Below are positions 1 through 9,723 of a stretch of DNA of 64,000 bases, piece after piece (within the stretch, counting starts at the first letter, position 1; the number at the start of each line of letters is the position of its first letter). The stretch spans positions 21,572-85,571 of the forward strand of contig JAAYOB010000023.1 in the NCBI GenBank assembly GCA_012520575.1, read 5' to 3'. The DNA is from Candidatus Stramentimicrobium fermentans (lineage in GTDB: Bacteria > Atribacterota > Phoenicimicrobiia > Phoenicimicrobiales > Stramentimicrobiaceae). The notes beneath the pieces were generated by a model that was given only the letters and a program-made list of their open reading frames with translations, did not search any database and was not told the DNA's origin. A program made the position numbers and the translations under genes.

Positions 1-98
1 ACCTCATTTCCCTTATTTAGCAATCTTTCAGAAAGATGGGAACCGATAAACCCGGCACCCCCGGTGACAAGAATACGTTTTGTCATAAGCTTACCTTT

Positions 99-1079
99 CT
101 AAAGGTTAACTCTTTTCTTAACAGTATTTTTCAGTTTTCTGATAATTTTAATTACCCCTTCCGGCAATACTTTTAACGCTATTCTTTTTATATTCGAATA
201 ATAGTATATTTTTTTAAAAAAGTTTGGGAAATTCCTATCCGGTGGCGAATAATGCTTCCAAGGGGTTTTTTTTAAATATTTATAATATTCCTTTTTTAAT
301 GGATGATTGTTAGTGAAATGCCACGGTTTAGGGTATGTGGTAAAATGTAAAATTGAAGGATTCTTCCTTGCTTCCATATACTCTGCTTTCGTGCAACGCA
401 ATTCATAAAGCCTTCGGATGAACATCGAAGACTGAACATTCCATGACAGGGATAGCTCTTTCCACCTGTTAAATAAAATTGCATTAAGCCCGTCCTGGTC
501 AACATAATTCACTTTGTCAGGATTATTTTTAATCCATTCTCTTGCCTTGTCACTAATACAATGATCTCTCCATCTCTCTAAATTTAACAGCAGAACGCCT
601 GAGTTAAAATATTTCGAACCAGCCGGCAGTCCCAACATATCCGGTAACCTATAATTTAAATCTTCTACTGCGGCTAGAAAGTATTCTGAAATATCAATAT
701 TCCACAATTTAGAAATATCTTCTTTTACAATTAAATCACAGTCTAAATATATTGCCTTTTTTATGGAATCTGTTAGTATCTCCGGAATTGATATTCTATA
801 GTAACAGGCAAGTACATGATTGCCTAATACTTTGAAGCCTTCATATTTTGAATTATCAATAGTTTTAAAAATAGCATTGGCTCCAGATTGCTCAATAATC
901 CTTTTTAAATTAATTTTATTACTTTTGGAAATAGAGTCTTCAATAATATAAATATCTAAATTCCTGTGAGCATTCATTCGAAAATTCTCAAGAAGGGAGT
1001 ATAACATTACACCTAAGTGTTGGGCATAATTATCATCAGTAACTGCAACAATATTAATTTTTTCATCATTTTCATTCAT
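99..1079 (-). CDS. Glycosyltransferase family 8 (GspA/WaaJ-like)
   Basis: Motifs DDNYAQH, YLDCDLIV (DxD), YFNSGVLL, DQDGLN and HFT..KPW, typical of GT8. Confidence 0.92.
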   Translation of the reverse strand: MNENDEKINIVAVTDDNYAQHLGVMLYSLLENFRMNAHRNLDIYIIEDSISKSNKINLKRIIEQSGANAIFKTIDNSKYEGFKVLGNHVLACYYRISIPEILTDSIKKAIYLDCDLIVKEDISKLWNIDISEYFLAAVEDLNYRLPDMLGLPAGSKYFNSGVLLLNLERWRDHCISDKAREWIKNNPDKVNYVDQDGLNAILFNRWKELSLSWNVQSSMFIRRLYELRCTKAEYMEARKNPSILHFTTYPKPWHFTNNHPLKKEYYKYLKKTPWKHYSPPDRNFPNFFKKIYYYSNIKRIALKVLPEGVIKIIRKLKNTVKKRVNL

Positions 1080-1216
1080 TTATTGTCCCCCTAAGAATTG
1101 TAACCATATTAAAAACAAAATTAAGAAGAGAAATTATTGATACTTTTATCGAGTTAAATTACACTTTTTTGAATATTTATATTTAGTTATTTGTTTATTG
1201 ATATATTTGCATTTCC

Positions 1217-3034
1217 CTATGATGCCGGCAGTTTTGCCATATCTCGGAACCGTTCATTTTTTTTAAGTAATTCTTCGTAGGTGCCCTGTCCCATAATCCG
1301 GCCTTTTTCCAAGATGTAGATCCGGTCACAGTCTTTCAAAGTACTGAGGCGATGAGCAATCATGATAACGGTTCTTGCCTTCGCCGCAGCATGTATAGCT
1401 TTTAATACCGCCTCTTCTGTAGCGCCATCCAGTGAACTGGTAGCCTCATCTAAGATTAACACTTCCGGATTACGATAGAGGGCACGAGCCAATCCGATAC
1501 GCTGCCGTTGCCCGCCGCTTAAACGAATTCCCCGCTCCCCGATAATAGTATCATACTTTTGAGGTAATTCCTTTTCGATAAATCCATCCAAGGCTGCGAT
1601 ACGGGCTACAAATTTTACCTGCTCATACGAAATATATTTATCCGGCACTCCAAAAGCAATATTTTTTAGTACGGTGTCGTCGCTTAAATATATTTCCTGA
1701 GGAACATAGCCAATTTTTTTCTGCCAAACAGCAATATTTTGATCGGTCAAAATCGTATCATCAATGATAATCCTGCCCTCTTGAGGAGTAAGTAAACCCA
1801 AAATAATATCAACAAGAGTGGTCTTGCCGCAGCCGGTAGGCCCGGCAAAACCAATGGTGTTATTTTTGAAGATAGTAAGGTTAATCTGTTTAATGACTTG
1901 AAAAGTTGAGCCCCCATAAGAAAAACTAATATTCTCCAGTTTAATGGTTTTATCAAAAGATAGTTGAAATTTTTCATTTGGTGAAGCAGGCACCGCTAAT
2001 TGCGACAATGGTTTAATGGCTACCATATCTTCATATATCTTGTCCACAATAGCGATATTGTAATAGACGATGCCTGCTGCGGCAAGAAGGCGATTTAGAG
2101 CAGGCAGGGTACGGTAGGCGGCGAAGGCATAGAGACTGAGTAAGGGTAAAAAATCGGTAACCTTCTCTCCGCAAGCAATCATAAAGAGAATAAAGAAGAT
2201 TATCCCGCCAAAGGCTACTGCTTCGAGCAGGTATCTTGGAATTTCTCTTACCACATGGGCAAAGACATTATGGCGAGTAAATTTTAAGGAAAAATTACTA
2301 TAATTTCGGAGAAAGTAGGATTCTATGCCCAGTGCTTTAGCGGTCTTAATGCCGGATAGGGCTTCATTGACTATTTTATATCGTTCCCTGTTTGCTTCTA
2401 ACCGTTCTCTTCCCGCTTCTTTCAGTCTTCTTTTGACAAAATAATTTATAAGTCCATAACTACCGCCCAAAAAGAAAATAACTCCCATGGTTATAGATAT
2501 ATCTACAATAAATAACATAATGAGTATTGCCAACACCATCAGGCCATTGATTATGATTTCAAATAAAGAAATTAGGAGTTGATTGGTAAGCTGATATATT
2601 TCTGATAAGACATTCTTTACTAGTTCACTGGTATTCTTGTGCAGGAAGTATTCATAGGGTTGGGAAAGATAAATGGTAAGCAGCCTTAGGGATAGGCCAT
2701 GGTTTTTACCGAGGGTGAATCTGGCTTTCCCCCAGGTAGTAATCGCCGAGATGACACTGGACAGTATTACAATAAGGAAAACTGTTATACCTAAAAAGAA
2801 TATAAAGGAATTAATGCCGGTAAAGTTTAATTTTTGGTAGATGAGCGAGAGCCATTTGTTCTGCTCGACTATATTGGGATTCATCACTGCATTAATAAAA
2901 GGAAAGATGCTGGCAACTCCAAATGCCTGGGCAAAAGCAGTAACCAAACTGGCAACAAAGACCAAGGCCGCCTGCTTGCGCTCCCGAGGAGTAAGTATTT
3001 CGTATATTTTTTTTAAGAAAGACTTTTGATTCAA
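1217..3034 (-). CDS. ABC exporter, fused permease/ATPase (PglK/MsbA-like, probable lipid-linked oligosaccharide flippase)
   Basis: N-terminal TM helices; Walker A GPTGCGKTT, LSGGQRQR signature, ILDEATSSLD, IAHRLST; glycan-locus context; TTG start. Confidence 0.85.
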   Translation of the reverse strand: MNQKSFLKKIYEILTPRERKQAALVFVASLVTAFAQAFGVASIFPFINAVMNPNIVEQNKWLSLIYQKLNFTGINSFIFFLGITVFLIVILSSVISAITTWGKARFTLGKNHGLSLRLLTIYLSQPYEYFLHKNTSELVKNVLSEIYQLTNQLLISLFEIIINGLMVLAILIMLFIVDISITMGVIFFLGGSYGLINYFVKRRLKEAGRERLEANRERYKIVNEALSGIKTAKALGIESYFLRNYSNFSLKFTRHNVFAHVVREIPRYLLEAVAFGGIIFFILFMIACGEKVTDFLPLLSLYAFAAYRTLPALNRLLAAAGIVYYNIAIVDKIYEDMVAIKPLSQLAVPASPNEKFQLSFDKTIKLENISFSYGGSTFQVIKQINLTIFKNNTIGFAGPTGCGKTTLVDIILGLLTPQEGRIIIDDTILTDQNIAVWQKKIGYVPQEIYLSDDTVLKNIAFGVPDKYISYEQVKFVARIAALDGFIEKELPQKYDTIIGERGIRLSGGQRQRIGLARALYRNPEVLILDEATSSLDGATEEAVLKAIHAAAKARTVIMIAHRLSTLKDCDRIYILEKGRIMGQGTYEELLKKNERFRDMAKLPAS

Positions 3035-3184
3035 TACAATAATCTGCCTTTCCCTTTTCTGCCTGATTAATCAACTGTTATTTATTTTTACTATTTAAAT
3101 ATACAATCGGTTTGATACGCTTTTGGTTTTCCTATAATAGTGCAAGTGTACTATTTGGCACTTGGCAATTACAGGTTATCCAAC

Positions 3185-4537
3185 CTATCTCCGCCCCATG
3201 CCGATGTAAGTGAATCCTATTTTCCTTACTTTGTCCGGTTCGTATAGATTGCGCATATCGAGAAGAATCGGATTGTTCAACAATTTTTTTATTTTTGGTA
3301 GATTCAGATTACGGAATTGATTCCATTCGGTCAAGATAACTAAGGCATCACTATTTTGGGCTGTCTCATATTCATCAGCACAATAAGTAAGTGCGGAAAA
3401 GATTTTCCCGGTATTCCCCATAGCCATAGGGTCAAAGCATCTTATTTGTGCACCTTTTTGCAATAGCATTTTAATGATATCAAGGGCAGGGGATTCTCGG
3501 ACATCATCTGTGTTTTGTTTAAAAGCAAGTCCTAAAATAGCAATATTCTTTCCGTTAAGGTTGCCCAGGGCTTTTTCTATCTTAGCAACTACTATTTGCC
3601 GTTGTCTTTCATTAACCTCCCCAACCGCTTTGAGTAGTTTAAAATCATAGCTATGATCTTTAGCGGTAGACAGAAGAGCTCTGGTATCTTTAGGAAAACA
3701 GGAGCCGCCAAAACCGGGGCCCGGGTGTAGAAATTTGGGACTGATACGTCCGTCCATGCCCATAGCACCGGCAACTTGGTGTACATCCGCTCCTACTCTA
3801 TCACAAAGATTGGCTATTTCATTGATAAAAGATATCTTAGTTGCCAAAAAGGTATTACAGGCGTATTTAATCATCTCTGCAGTTTCCAAGGTAGTAAAGA
3901 TAAAGGGAGCATCTAAGAGATAGAGGGGTCGATAAATTTCCTGCATAATTTGCCTAGCTCGCTCTGTTTCGTAGCCTATAACTATTTTATCCGGATGGGT
4001 GAAGTCATAGATAGCCGAGCCTTCCCTCAAAAATTCCGGATTGGAGATAATATCAAAAGGAGCGGGTTTAGGCTGAGACTGCTTCTTCTCTAAATTCCCC
4101 ATAACGACAGAAGAAAGGGAATTAGCGATAATTTGCTTTAATTTACAAGCGGTACCCACAGGAACGGTACACTTATTGACTATAACTTTATAATCATTTA
4201 AAGAACAGGCAATTTCTCCGGCTACCTCTTCTACCTGGCTAAGGTCGGCAGAGCCATCATTTTTTGAGGGTGTGCCAACCGCAATAAAGATTACCTGTGA
4301 TTGCCCAACTGCCCGTTTAAGATTAGTACTAAAAGACAAACGTCCATCAGCAACATTTTTCGAGATAAGGGATTCCAAATTGGGCTCATAGATAGGTACT
4401 TTTCCTGAATTAAGCAATTCAATTTTACTACCATCTTTGTCTACGCAGGTTACTTGAAGCCCAAAATCAGCCAGGCAAGTACCTGTTACCAACCCAACAT
4501 AACCGGTTCCAATTACGGAAATTTGCATATTCCCCAA
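3185..4537 (-). CDS. ugd: UDP-glucose 6-dehydrogenase
   Basis: GTGYVG Rossmann motif, SNPEFLREG, catalytic GFGGSCFPKD, GLAFKQNTDDVRES. Confidence 0.93.
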   Translation of the reverse strand: MGNMQISVIGTGYVGLVTGTCLADFGLQVTCVDKDGSKIELLNSGKVPIYEPNLESLISKNVADGRLSFSTNLKRAVGQSQVIFIAVGTPSKNDGSADLSQVEEVAGEIACSLNDYKVIVNKCTVPVGTACKLKQIIANSLSSVVMGNLEKKQSQPKPAPFDIISNPEFLREGSAIYDFTHPDKIVIGYETERARQIMQEIYRPLYLLDAPFIFTTLETAEMIKYACNTFLATKISFINEIANLCDRVGADVHQVAGAMGMDGRISPKFLHPGPGFGGSCFPKDTRALLSTAKDHSYDFKLLKAVGEVNERQRQIVVAKIEKALGNLNGKNIAILGLAFKQNTDDVRESPALDIIKMLLQKGAQIRCFDPMAMGNTGKIFSALTYCADEYETAQNSDALVILTEWNQFRNLNLPKIKKLLNNPILLDMRNLYEPDKVRKIGFTYIGMGRR

Positions 4538-4597
4538 ACCGTCCTTTAATTGATTAATTTGTTAATTAGTATATTACCGATTGCCTTTCGATATATA

Positions 4598-5037
4598 TTA
4601 TATACTGCCTTGCATATTTTTGTTTCTTTGCCAAAACTCTGTAAAAAATGCTACAAAAATACCTAAGATAAGAATAACCTTAATACTCCGGAAATAGCTG
4701 GGTTAAATTTTTTATTAGGCTTTATGGGAGTTCTAGGAAGCAGATCTAATCTACCTGCTTGTAAAGAGTGATAATTTGAATTATAAATTGATTCTATTTC
4801 TTGATACTCTTTTGACAATTCTTCATAAATCGCCATAGCTGAAGCATAGTCTCTTTGCAGCTGTGTTTCTTCTATTTTATTGATAATTAATTCAGATAAT
4901 AATTCTTTTGTTTCCGTATCAAGGTTTTCTATTTCCGCTATTAACAGTTCTTTTTCTACTGCCATTATCTGTATCATTCTAAAGTATACTGTATGCTTAC
5001 TTTTAATATTATAAGGCAAAGCAATCCTAGCTAGCAT
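4598..5037 (-). pseudogene. Remnant of a Wzz/GumC-type polysaccharide chain-length determinant (C-terminal part only)
   Basis: Coiled coil then PIKPNKK..AISGVL. Removing the tandem TAAGA duplication at 4664-4673 restores LFLGIFVAFFTEFWQ, the typical second TM, ending at TAA 4598. The N-terminal TM is missing. Confidence 0.75.
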
Positions 5038-5049
5038 TGATTAATTGAT

Positions 5050-5871
5050 TTAGTATACCAAAAATGCTTGCAATACTTCTTTGGTTATCTTATCCTGCAC
5101 AAAAACTACCCCATAATATCTGTCGAGCTCAGCATCTTCATCTTCTATCTCCGCCAGATCCAGATGTGAGACAAAGTCAAATTTTTTTTCTTCCAATGGA
5201 GCTAACTGACAGATATCCTGCTCTCCAAAGATATCTTTTACTAAATAAAAGAATTCGCTCTCATCGCCTTCATAGTAGACCATCCCGCCTAACATCAGAT
5301 TCTGCAATTGCGAATGGCTCCGGTTGAGAACACTTCCCCGTATAATGATTTTTCCGCCGCAGATCTCCATCATTACTTTTATCTCTACCGGCGTAGATTC
5401 GGCTAATTGTTTCTCTATAATACTCCGATATGCGGCAATATTCTCATCTATGTCGGCACAATCACTATGCAAGCCATGCACGCGCTCTGCCAGTCCGTTA
5501 AAGAAGGCATCGGGGGTGCCTTTTATACCGCTGCCGGTATACCAATCATAACGGGTATTGGCCTGCGGAATATCATGCCCATCCCCCCAGATGTGTGCCT
5601 CAACCAGAATTACCGTCCCCGGCTCATAGCTCCAGGCAAGATCTTCCAAGCAAAAAGCGGCTTTGGGACATACCGTACAGTCCTCATTAACAAAAAGCTC
5701 TATAAGTACATTGCGCGGTACTTCAGCACATAGATTGTTTTGTATATTTTCTACTGAAGGTTTCTCGGCTCCTTGACCAAATGCAAAATTTATAATTGTG
5801 GTACAGGCTATTATAAAAACAATAATATAAACTGCAACTAAATGCTTATTTTTCTTCATATCTCTTTGCAC
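5050..5871 (-). CDS. Exported thioredoxin-fold (CxxC) protein, Omp28-related
   Basis: Signal peptide; VLIELF..DCTVCP; cis-Pro-loop-like GTPDAFFNG; C-terminal beta domain ending VVFVQDKITKEVLQA. Confidence 0.7.
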   Translation of the reverse strand: MQRDMKKNKHLVAVYIIVFIIACTTIINFAFGQGAEKPSVENIQNNLCAEVPRNVLIELFVNEDCTVCPKAAFCLEDLAWSYEPGTVILVEAHIWGDGHDIPQANTRYDWYTGSGIKGTPDAFFNGLAERVHGLHSDCADIDENIAAYRSIIEKQLAESTPVEIKVMMEICGGKIIIRGSVLNRSHSQLQNLMLGGMVYYEGDESEFFYLVKDIFGEQDICQLAPLEEKKFDFVSHLDLAEIEDEDAELDRYYGVVFVQDKITKEVLQAFLVY

Positions 5872-5959
5872 TATTTCCTGATTATTCTCCGATAAAGTTG
5901 AGTTAGAACATTAGAACATGCCATTCATCATAGTATTTCCTCATCAGGTATGTAAGCCC

Positions 5960-8044
5960 TCACTTTTCTGCTTCTAAATTTATTAACAAAGTTTTTGAGT
6001 ATCCGGAAATTTTGCTTTCCGGTGAAATCTCAATAACTTTTTTTAAGGCCTCTATTGCCTTTTCTTTTTTATCCTGGTTTAGATATGCCCCTGCTAATCC
6101 ATAATAAGCTTCAGCGCTATCAGAGTTATTAAAAGTTACTCTTTCAAATTGGTGAACAGCTTTATTATATTCCCCAGCTGTCAGATAAAGATTACCTAGC
6201 TGCAATAGTAAGGGCTCCATATTTTTTTTGTTCTCCTGATATTCTATTCCTCGCTCTAAATAAGGAATCGCTTTATTAGTCTCTCCCACTTTAATAAATT
6301 GAACTGCTATATTCTGGGGTAGGCGATGATGATCAACATATTTTTCAGCTTTAAGAAGATATTCCAACGCAAGCTGATTTATGTCTTTGCTGGCTAAAAT
6401 ATTTCCTATATCAAAATACATTTCACCCTGCCAGGGATTCCATTTTAATCCCTTTTCGTATAGTTTTATCCCTTTGTTGTAATTTCCAAGAGCAATTTGC
6501 TCATTACCATAATACCAGTAAACTCTGGACATGAATGGTTTTATTAGCAAAAAACTGGTAAAGACTGCAAGTACAATAATGAAAAATGACCATATAGTCT
6601 TTTTAATTACTGGACCATAATTATTAATAAACTTTTTCTCTATTGATTTGTTGACTTTACCAGTGATAAAAGCAGACTCATTACCATGTTTATCATTTAA
6701 TTCTTGAGAGACAATAATCTGGGCATTGGTAAGACCTATAAACATCCAGAATAAAGATGATGAGGCGGCTAACTGCAAAGGAAATCCAAAAATAGCATCC
6801 AGCAATACTGCCATTATCCCACCCATTAATGAAATAACAATACTTTTACCACTCTCACTTATACTGGGAAGATTTATTAAAATATTTCGGCAATAAATGA
6901 ATAAGATACTTAAAAAGAGCAATAACCCAATAATTCCTATTTCCGACCACATTTGCAAATACTCATTGTGGGCTTGCACTGCATAACCATGCGGATAAAT
7001 TTCTCTATTATCTCTTTGTGCGAAAAATTGGGCTTGATATTTCAGAGTGTTATATCCGTATGTGCCCAACCCTGAACCAAATAAAGGGTAATCCTTAATC
7101 ATCATCCAGGTGGATTTCCATATTGCGACTCTTCTTAGGATAGAACTGCCAGAAGACAAAGATTCAATAGTAATTCTTTGTTTCAATTTTCCAATAGGGG
7201 TATTCTCTCTATTCAAAGGATGGGGAATATAAATAATAGTTGTTGCTATTATAATGACTAAAATAAAACATAGCATCAGTTTTTTATAGATTTGTTTATC
7301 AAACAAATTTGCGGCACTTTTATAATAACACAAAATCACTATGGGAATAGCAATAAAAACACCCAGATAGGAGCCCCTGGTAAAAGTAAGAAAGAGGGTA
7401 ACGCCCATTACCCCTGCAGCAAAAAATAAGAAAAAACGATTTATTATTTTTACTTTTGAAAAAATTAGACCTAAAGTTAAGGATAAAGGCAAAATAATGT
7501 ATTCTGCAAAATAATTGACATTTCCAAAAAGACCAAAGACTTTGTTTCTTCCAATATTCTCTGTCCAAAATTCGAAATCAATTCCAAGGTACTGTAATAT
7601 ACCATATATTCCCAATCCTGTTCCCATAATAACTATTACGAATAGAAGAATATGTATATCTTTTTGTCTATACATAGAATTGGTAACAAGAAAATAAACA
7701 ATTGGGCCCGCCAAAAAAAAGGGCAAAGCCAGAATAGTTCTCTGAACATTGATGGTCCAAAATAATGACGATATCATATAAAGTATATAGATGAAAACAA
7801 ATACGTCGAGACTTGATTTTTTCAGGTGGTATTCTTCAAAGAAAACAACTCTTAGCAAAATAAAAGCTAATCCTATTAAGGCAGTTAATTGAAAGATTAA
7901 GTTTTTTATGGGGTCAAATACCGGTATACTATACGGATAAAATGCAATTGGCAATAGAATAACATTCAATAACAATATTAAGAAGACACACTTGTCCCAC
8001 TTTAAGCAATGATTGTCTATAATTAAACTATTTTTAACATTCAT
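5960..8044 (-). CDS. O-antigen ligase / O-oligosaccharyltransferase family protein (Wzy_C) with C-terminal TPRs
   Basis: Many TM helices; FGNVNYFA, LTFTRGSY, R..IWKST..MIKDYPLFGSGLG, AHNEYLQ; TPR repeats at the C-terminus. Confidence 0.88.
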   Translation of the reverse strand: MNVKNSLIIDNHCLKWDKCVFLILLLNVILLPIAFYPYSIPVFDPIKNLIFQLTALIGLAFILLRVVFFEEYHLKKSSLDVFVFIYILYMISSLFWTINVQRTILALPFFLAGPIVYFLVTNSMYRQKDIHILLFVIVIMGTGLGIYGILQYLGIDFEFWTENIGRNKVFGLFGNVNYFAEYIILPLSLTLGLIFSKVKIINRFFLFFAAGVMGVTLFLTFTRGSYLGVFIAIPIVILCYYKSAANLFDKQIYKKLMLCFILVIIIATTIIYIPHPLNRENTPIGKLKQRITIESLSSGSSILRRVAIWKSTWMMIKDYPLFGSGLGTYGYNTLKYQAQFFAQRDNREIYPHGYAVQAHNEYLQMWSEIGIIGLLLFLSILFIYCRNILINLPSISESGKSIVISLMGGIMAVLLDAIFGFPLQLAASSSLFWMFIGLTNAQIIVSQELNDKHGNESAFITGKVNKSIEKKFINNYGPVIKKTIWSFFIIVLAVFTSFLLIKPFMSRVYWYYGNEQIALGNYNKGIKLYEKGLKWNPWQGEMYFDIGNILASKDINQLALEYLLKAEKYVDHHRLPQNIAVQFIKVGETNKAIPYLERGIEYQENKKNMEPLLLQLGNLYLTAGEYNKAVHQFERVTFNNSDSAEAYYGLAGAYLNQDKKEKAIEALKKVIEISPESKISGYSKTLLINLEAEK

Positions 8045-8156
8045 TTGGTATTGCCGTTAATATAAAAGATAGATTTTTACCTTTTTCCTGTTAGTAATGC
8101 TGTAAATAATGAAATAAGATATCGTACCCTATCTTTATTTTCATCTTAGTGTAAAG

Positions 8157-8582
8157 CTATTTAACATTGACTATTGCTTGTGCCCACTGACCGGCAGTGC
8201 CGCCATAATTAACCCATACTTCATATCTACCTATTTTGTTATAGTCCTTAATGTTAAAAGTTGCGGTACGTGAATTTGTCCGCGGAGATATATTACATGC
8301 GGCACCGCAAGCAATGCATTGATACACACAGGTCCATTTTATTTGCGATACATCAATATTGATTATTTTATTATCAGAATTATAGGCTTTTACTTCAAAT
8401 CTTTGGGTCTGATTGGCTTTCATCTCTGCTTGGGATGGAAGCACTTTCAGATATTTTATCTCAGTGTTGCTTTCATCGTATTCATCCTCAGATATAGGAG
8501 GAGTTGGTCTAGTGCATCCTGCTACTAAAAAAAACATTAAAGCTATTAACACTATAATAGTTAAATTAAGCATTTTTCTCAC
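8157..8582 (-). CDS. Lipoprotein with a bacterial Ig-like domain and a 4-Cys cluster
   Basis: Lipobox LVAGC; Ig-like pattern LKVLPSQAEMKANQTQRFEVKAY..WT; CVYQCIACGAAC; GGAGG RBS before GTG. Confidence 0.7.
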   Translation of the reverse strand: MRKMLNLTIIVLIALMFFLVAGCTRPTPPISEDEYDESNTEIKYLKVLPSQAEMKANQTQRFEVKAYNSDNKIINIDVSQIKWTCVYQCIACGAACNISPRTNSRTATFNIKDYNKIGRYEVWVNYGGTAGQWAQAIVNVK

Positions 8583-8781
8583 AAAAGGATTCCTCCTTAC
8601 CTTTTTTTAGTTTTTTAAAGGTTTCCCCTGCTGACGCTCGCGCAAAGGGCTGAAGATATGTTCATTTAAAATTTTAATTGATTTGGATTATGCTATATAT
8701 TGTCAGCAAATCCTTTCAATCAAACAATGAATATGGCAATTACTACAATACTTCCCTTTATCCTATTGTAAATGAGAATCA

Positions 8782-8817
8782 GGAATTGTGTCTGGATTTT
8801 AACTCAGCCACAATTCC
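8782..8817 (-). terminator. Stem-loop after the thioredoxin-like lipoprotein gene
   Basis: GGAATTGTGtCTG ... CAGcCACAATTCC inverted repeat; no clear U-tract. Confidence 0.4.
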
Positions 8818-8899
8818 ATACCATACATAGAACTATACTTATTCTCTTATTTAATTCTTTAACCAATCCATCCATTATTAATTTGAAATGGAGGTTATG

Positions 8900-9640
8900 T
8901 CAGTTTATAAAAAGAGATTGATGCACTCTTTTTTTACCTGTTGTTTCCTGTACAAAGATAACCCCGTCAAAGCCCTTCCCATCCCAATTAATATCTGTTA
9001 AAGTTATGCTAAAATTTTTTGTTTCTCCAACTGCCAAGGCAGGCACAGGTACCTTCTCTTTTTCAAAAATATAAGTCGCCGCATAGGCAAGGTTGCCGCT
9101 TCTTTTAAAAGTCATTCCATTTATAACCATATTGGAAAGCGTGGTAGTGCCTATATTTTTTATAGTTCCGCTTATCACAGAATTTTGTCCATTTTGAATT
9201 CTATTAGCTTGAATAGAAACCTTGGGAGGAATATTTAATTGAGCATCAATTCTATTCTTTAAAGTAGAGTAATCATGGGAGCCTGCAAGATAACTAGCAA
9301 GGCCATTAAATATAGTATGTGGAACTGTCGAAGCAAGATTGTACCAGTCATAATGTCTTGTTTTAGATTCAGGTATGGAGTAGATACCCCAGGGGATTAT
9401 CTCTACCAGAATCATTTCGTCTCGACTGTATTCTGATGCTAATTTCTCTAAATGTGGTTTTAGTTTAGCACAAACAGGGCAATTATTGGTTACAAAGGTC
9501 TCCACTAACACTACCTGTTTTACTGCTTCTTCGCCTTCGCCTTCGCCTTCTGTTCCGTTAGGGGGAGTTACGCCGTCACATCCTGTAATAGCAAAAATTG
9601 TGAAAAATATTATAAGCAAAAATACTAATGTTTTTTTCAT
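8900..9640 (-). CDS. Thioredoxin-fold (CxxC) lipoprotein, Omp28-related
   Basis: Lipobox ITGC; VLVETF..NCPVCA; TVPHTIFNG; C-terminal GVIFVQE..KKRVHQS; paralogous to 5050..5871; AAGGAG spacing favours ATG 9640. Confidence 0.75.
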   Translation of the reverse strand: MKKTLVFLLIIFFTIFAITGCDGVTPPNGTEGEGEGEEAVKQVVLVETFVTNNCPVCAKLKPHLEKLASEYSRDEMILVEIIPWGIYSIPESKTRHYDWYNLASTVPHTIFNGLASYLAGSHDYSTLKNRIDAQLNIPPKVSIQANRIQNGQNSVISGTIKNIGTTTLSNMVINGMTFKRSGNLAYAATYIFEKEKVPVPALAVGETKNFSITLTDINWDGKGFDGVIFVQETTGKKRVHQSLFIN

Positions 9641-9723
9641 TCGATTCATCTCCTTAAATATTTAATGCTATCTTAAAATACTTTCCTATTCTTTTCTATT
9701 TTAGAAAAACAATATTCAATCAG

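Noticed and set aside
1-20. Possible ATG (7..5, minus strand) of a gene leaving the window
   Set aside because: Only two codons are visible; cannot be supported
8300-8340. Radical SAM or ferredoxin call from the CxxxCxxC spacing in the 141-aa lipoprotein
   Set aside because: Small exported Ig-like protein with no SAM barrel or second ferredoxin motif
8620-8660. c-di-GMP or c-di-AMP riboswitch suggested by CGCAAAG, GCTGAA and CGTCAGC
   Set aside because: Elements lie on mixed strands and the required stems are missing
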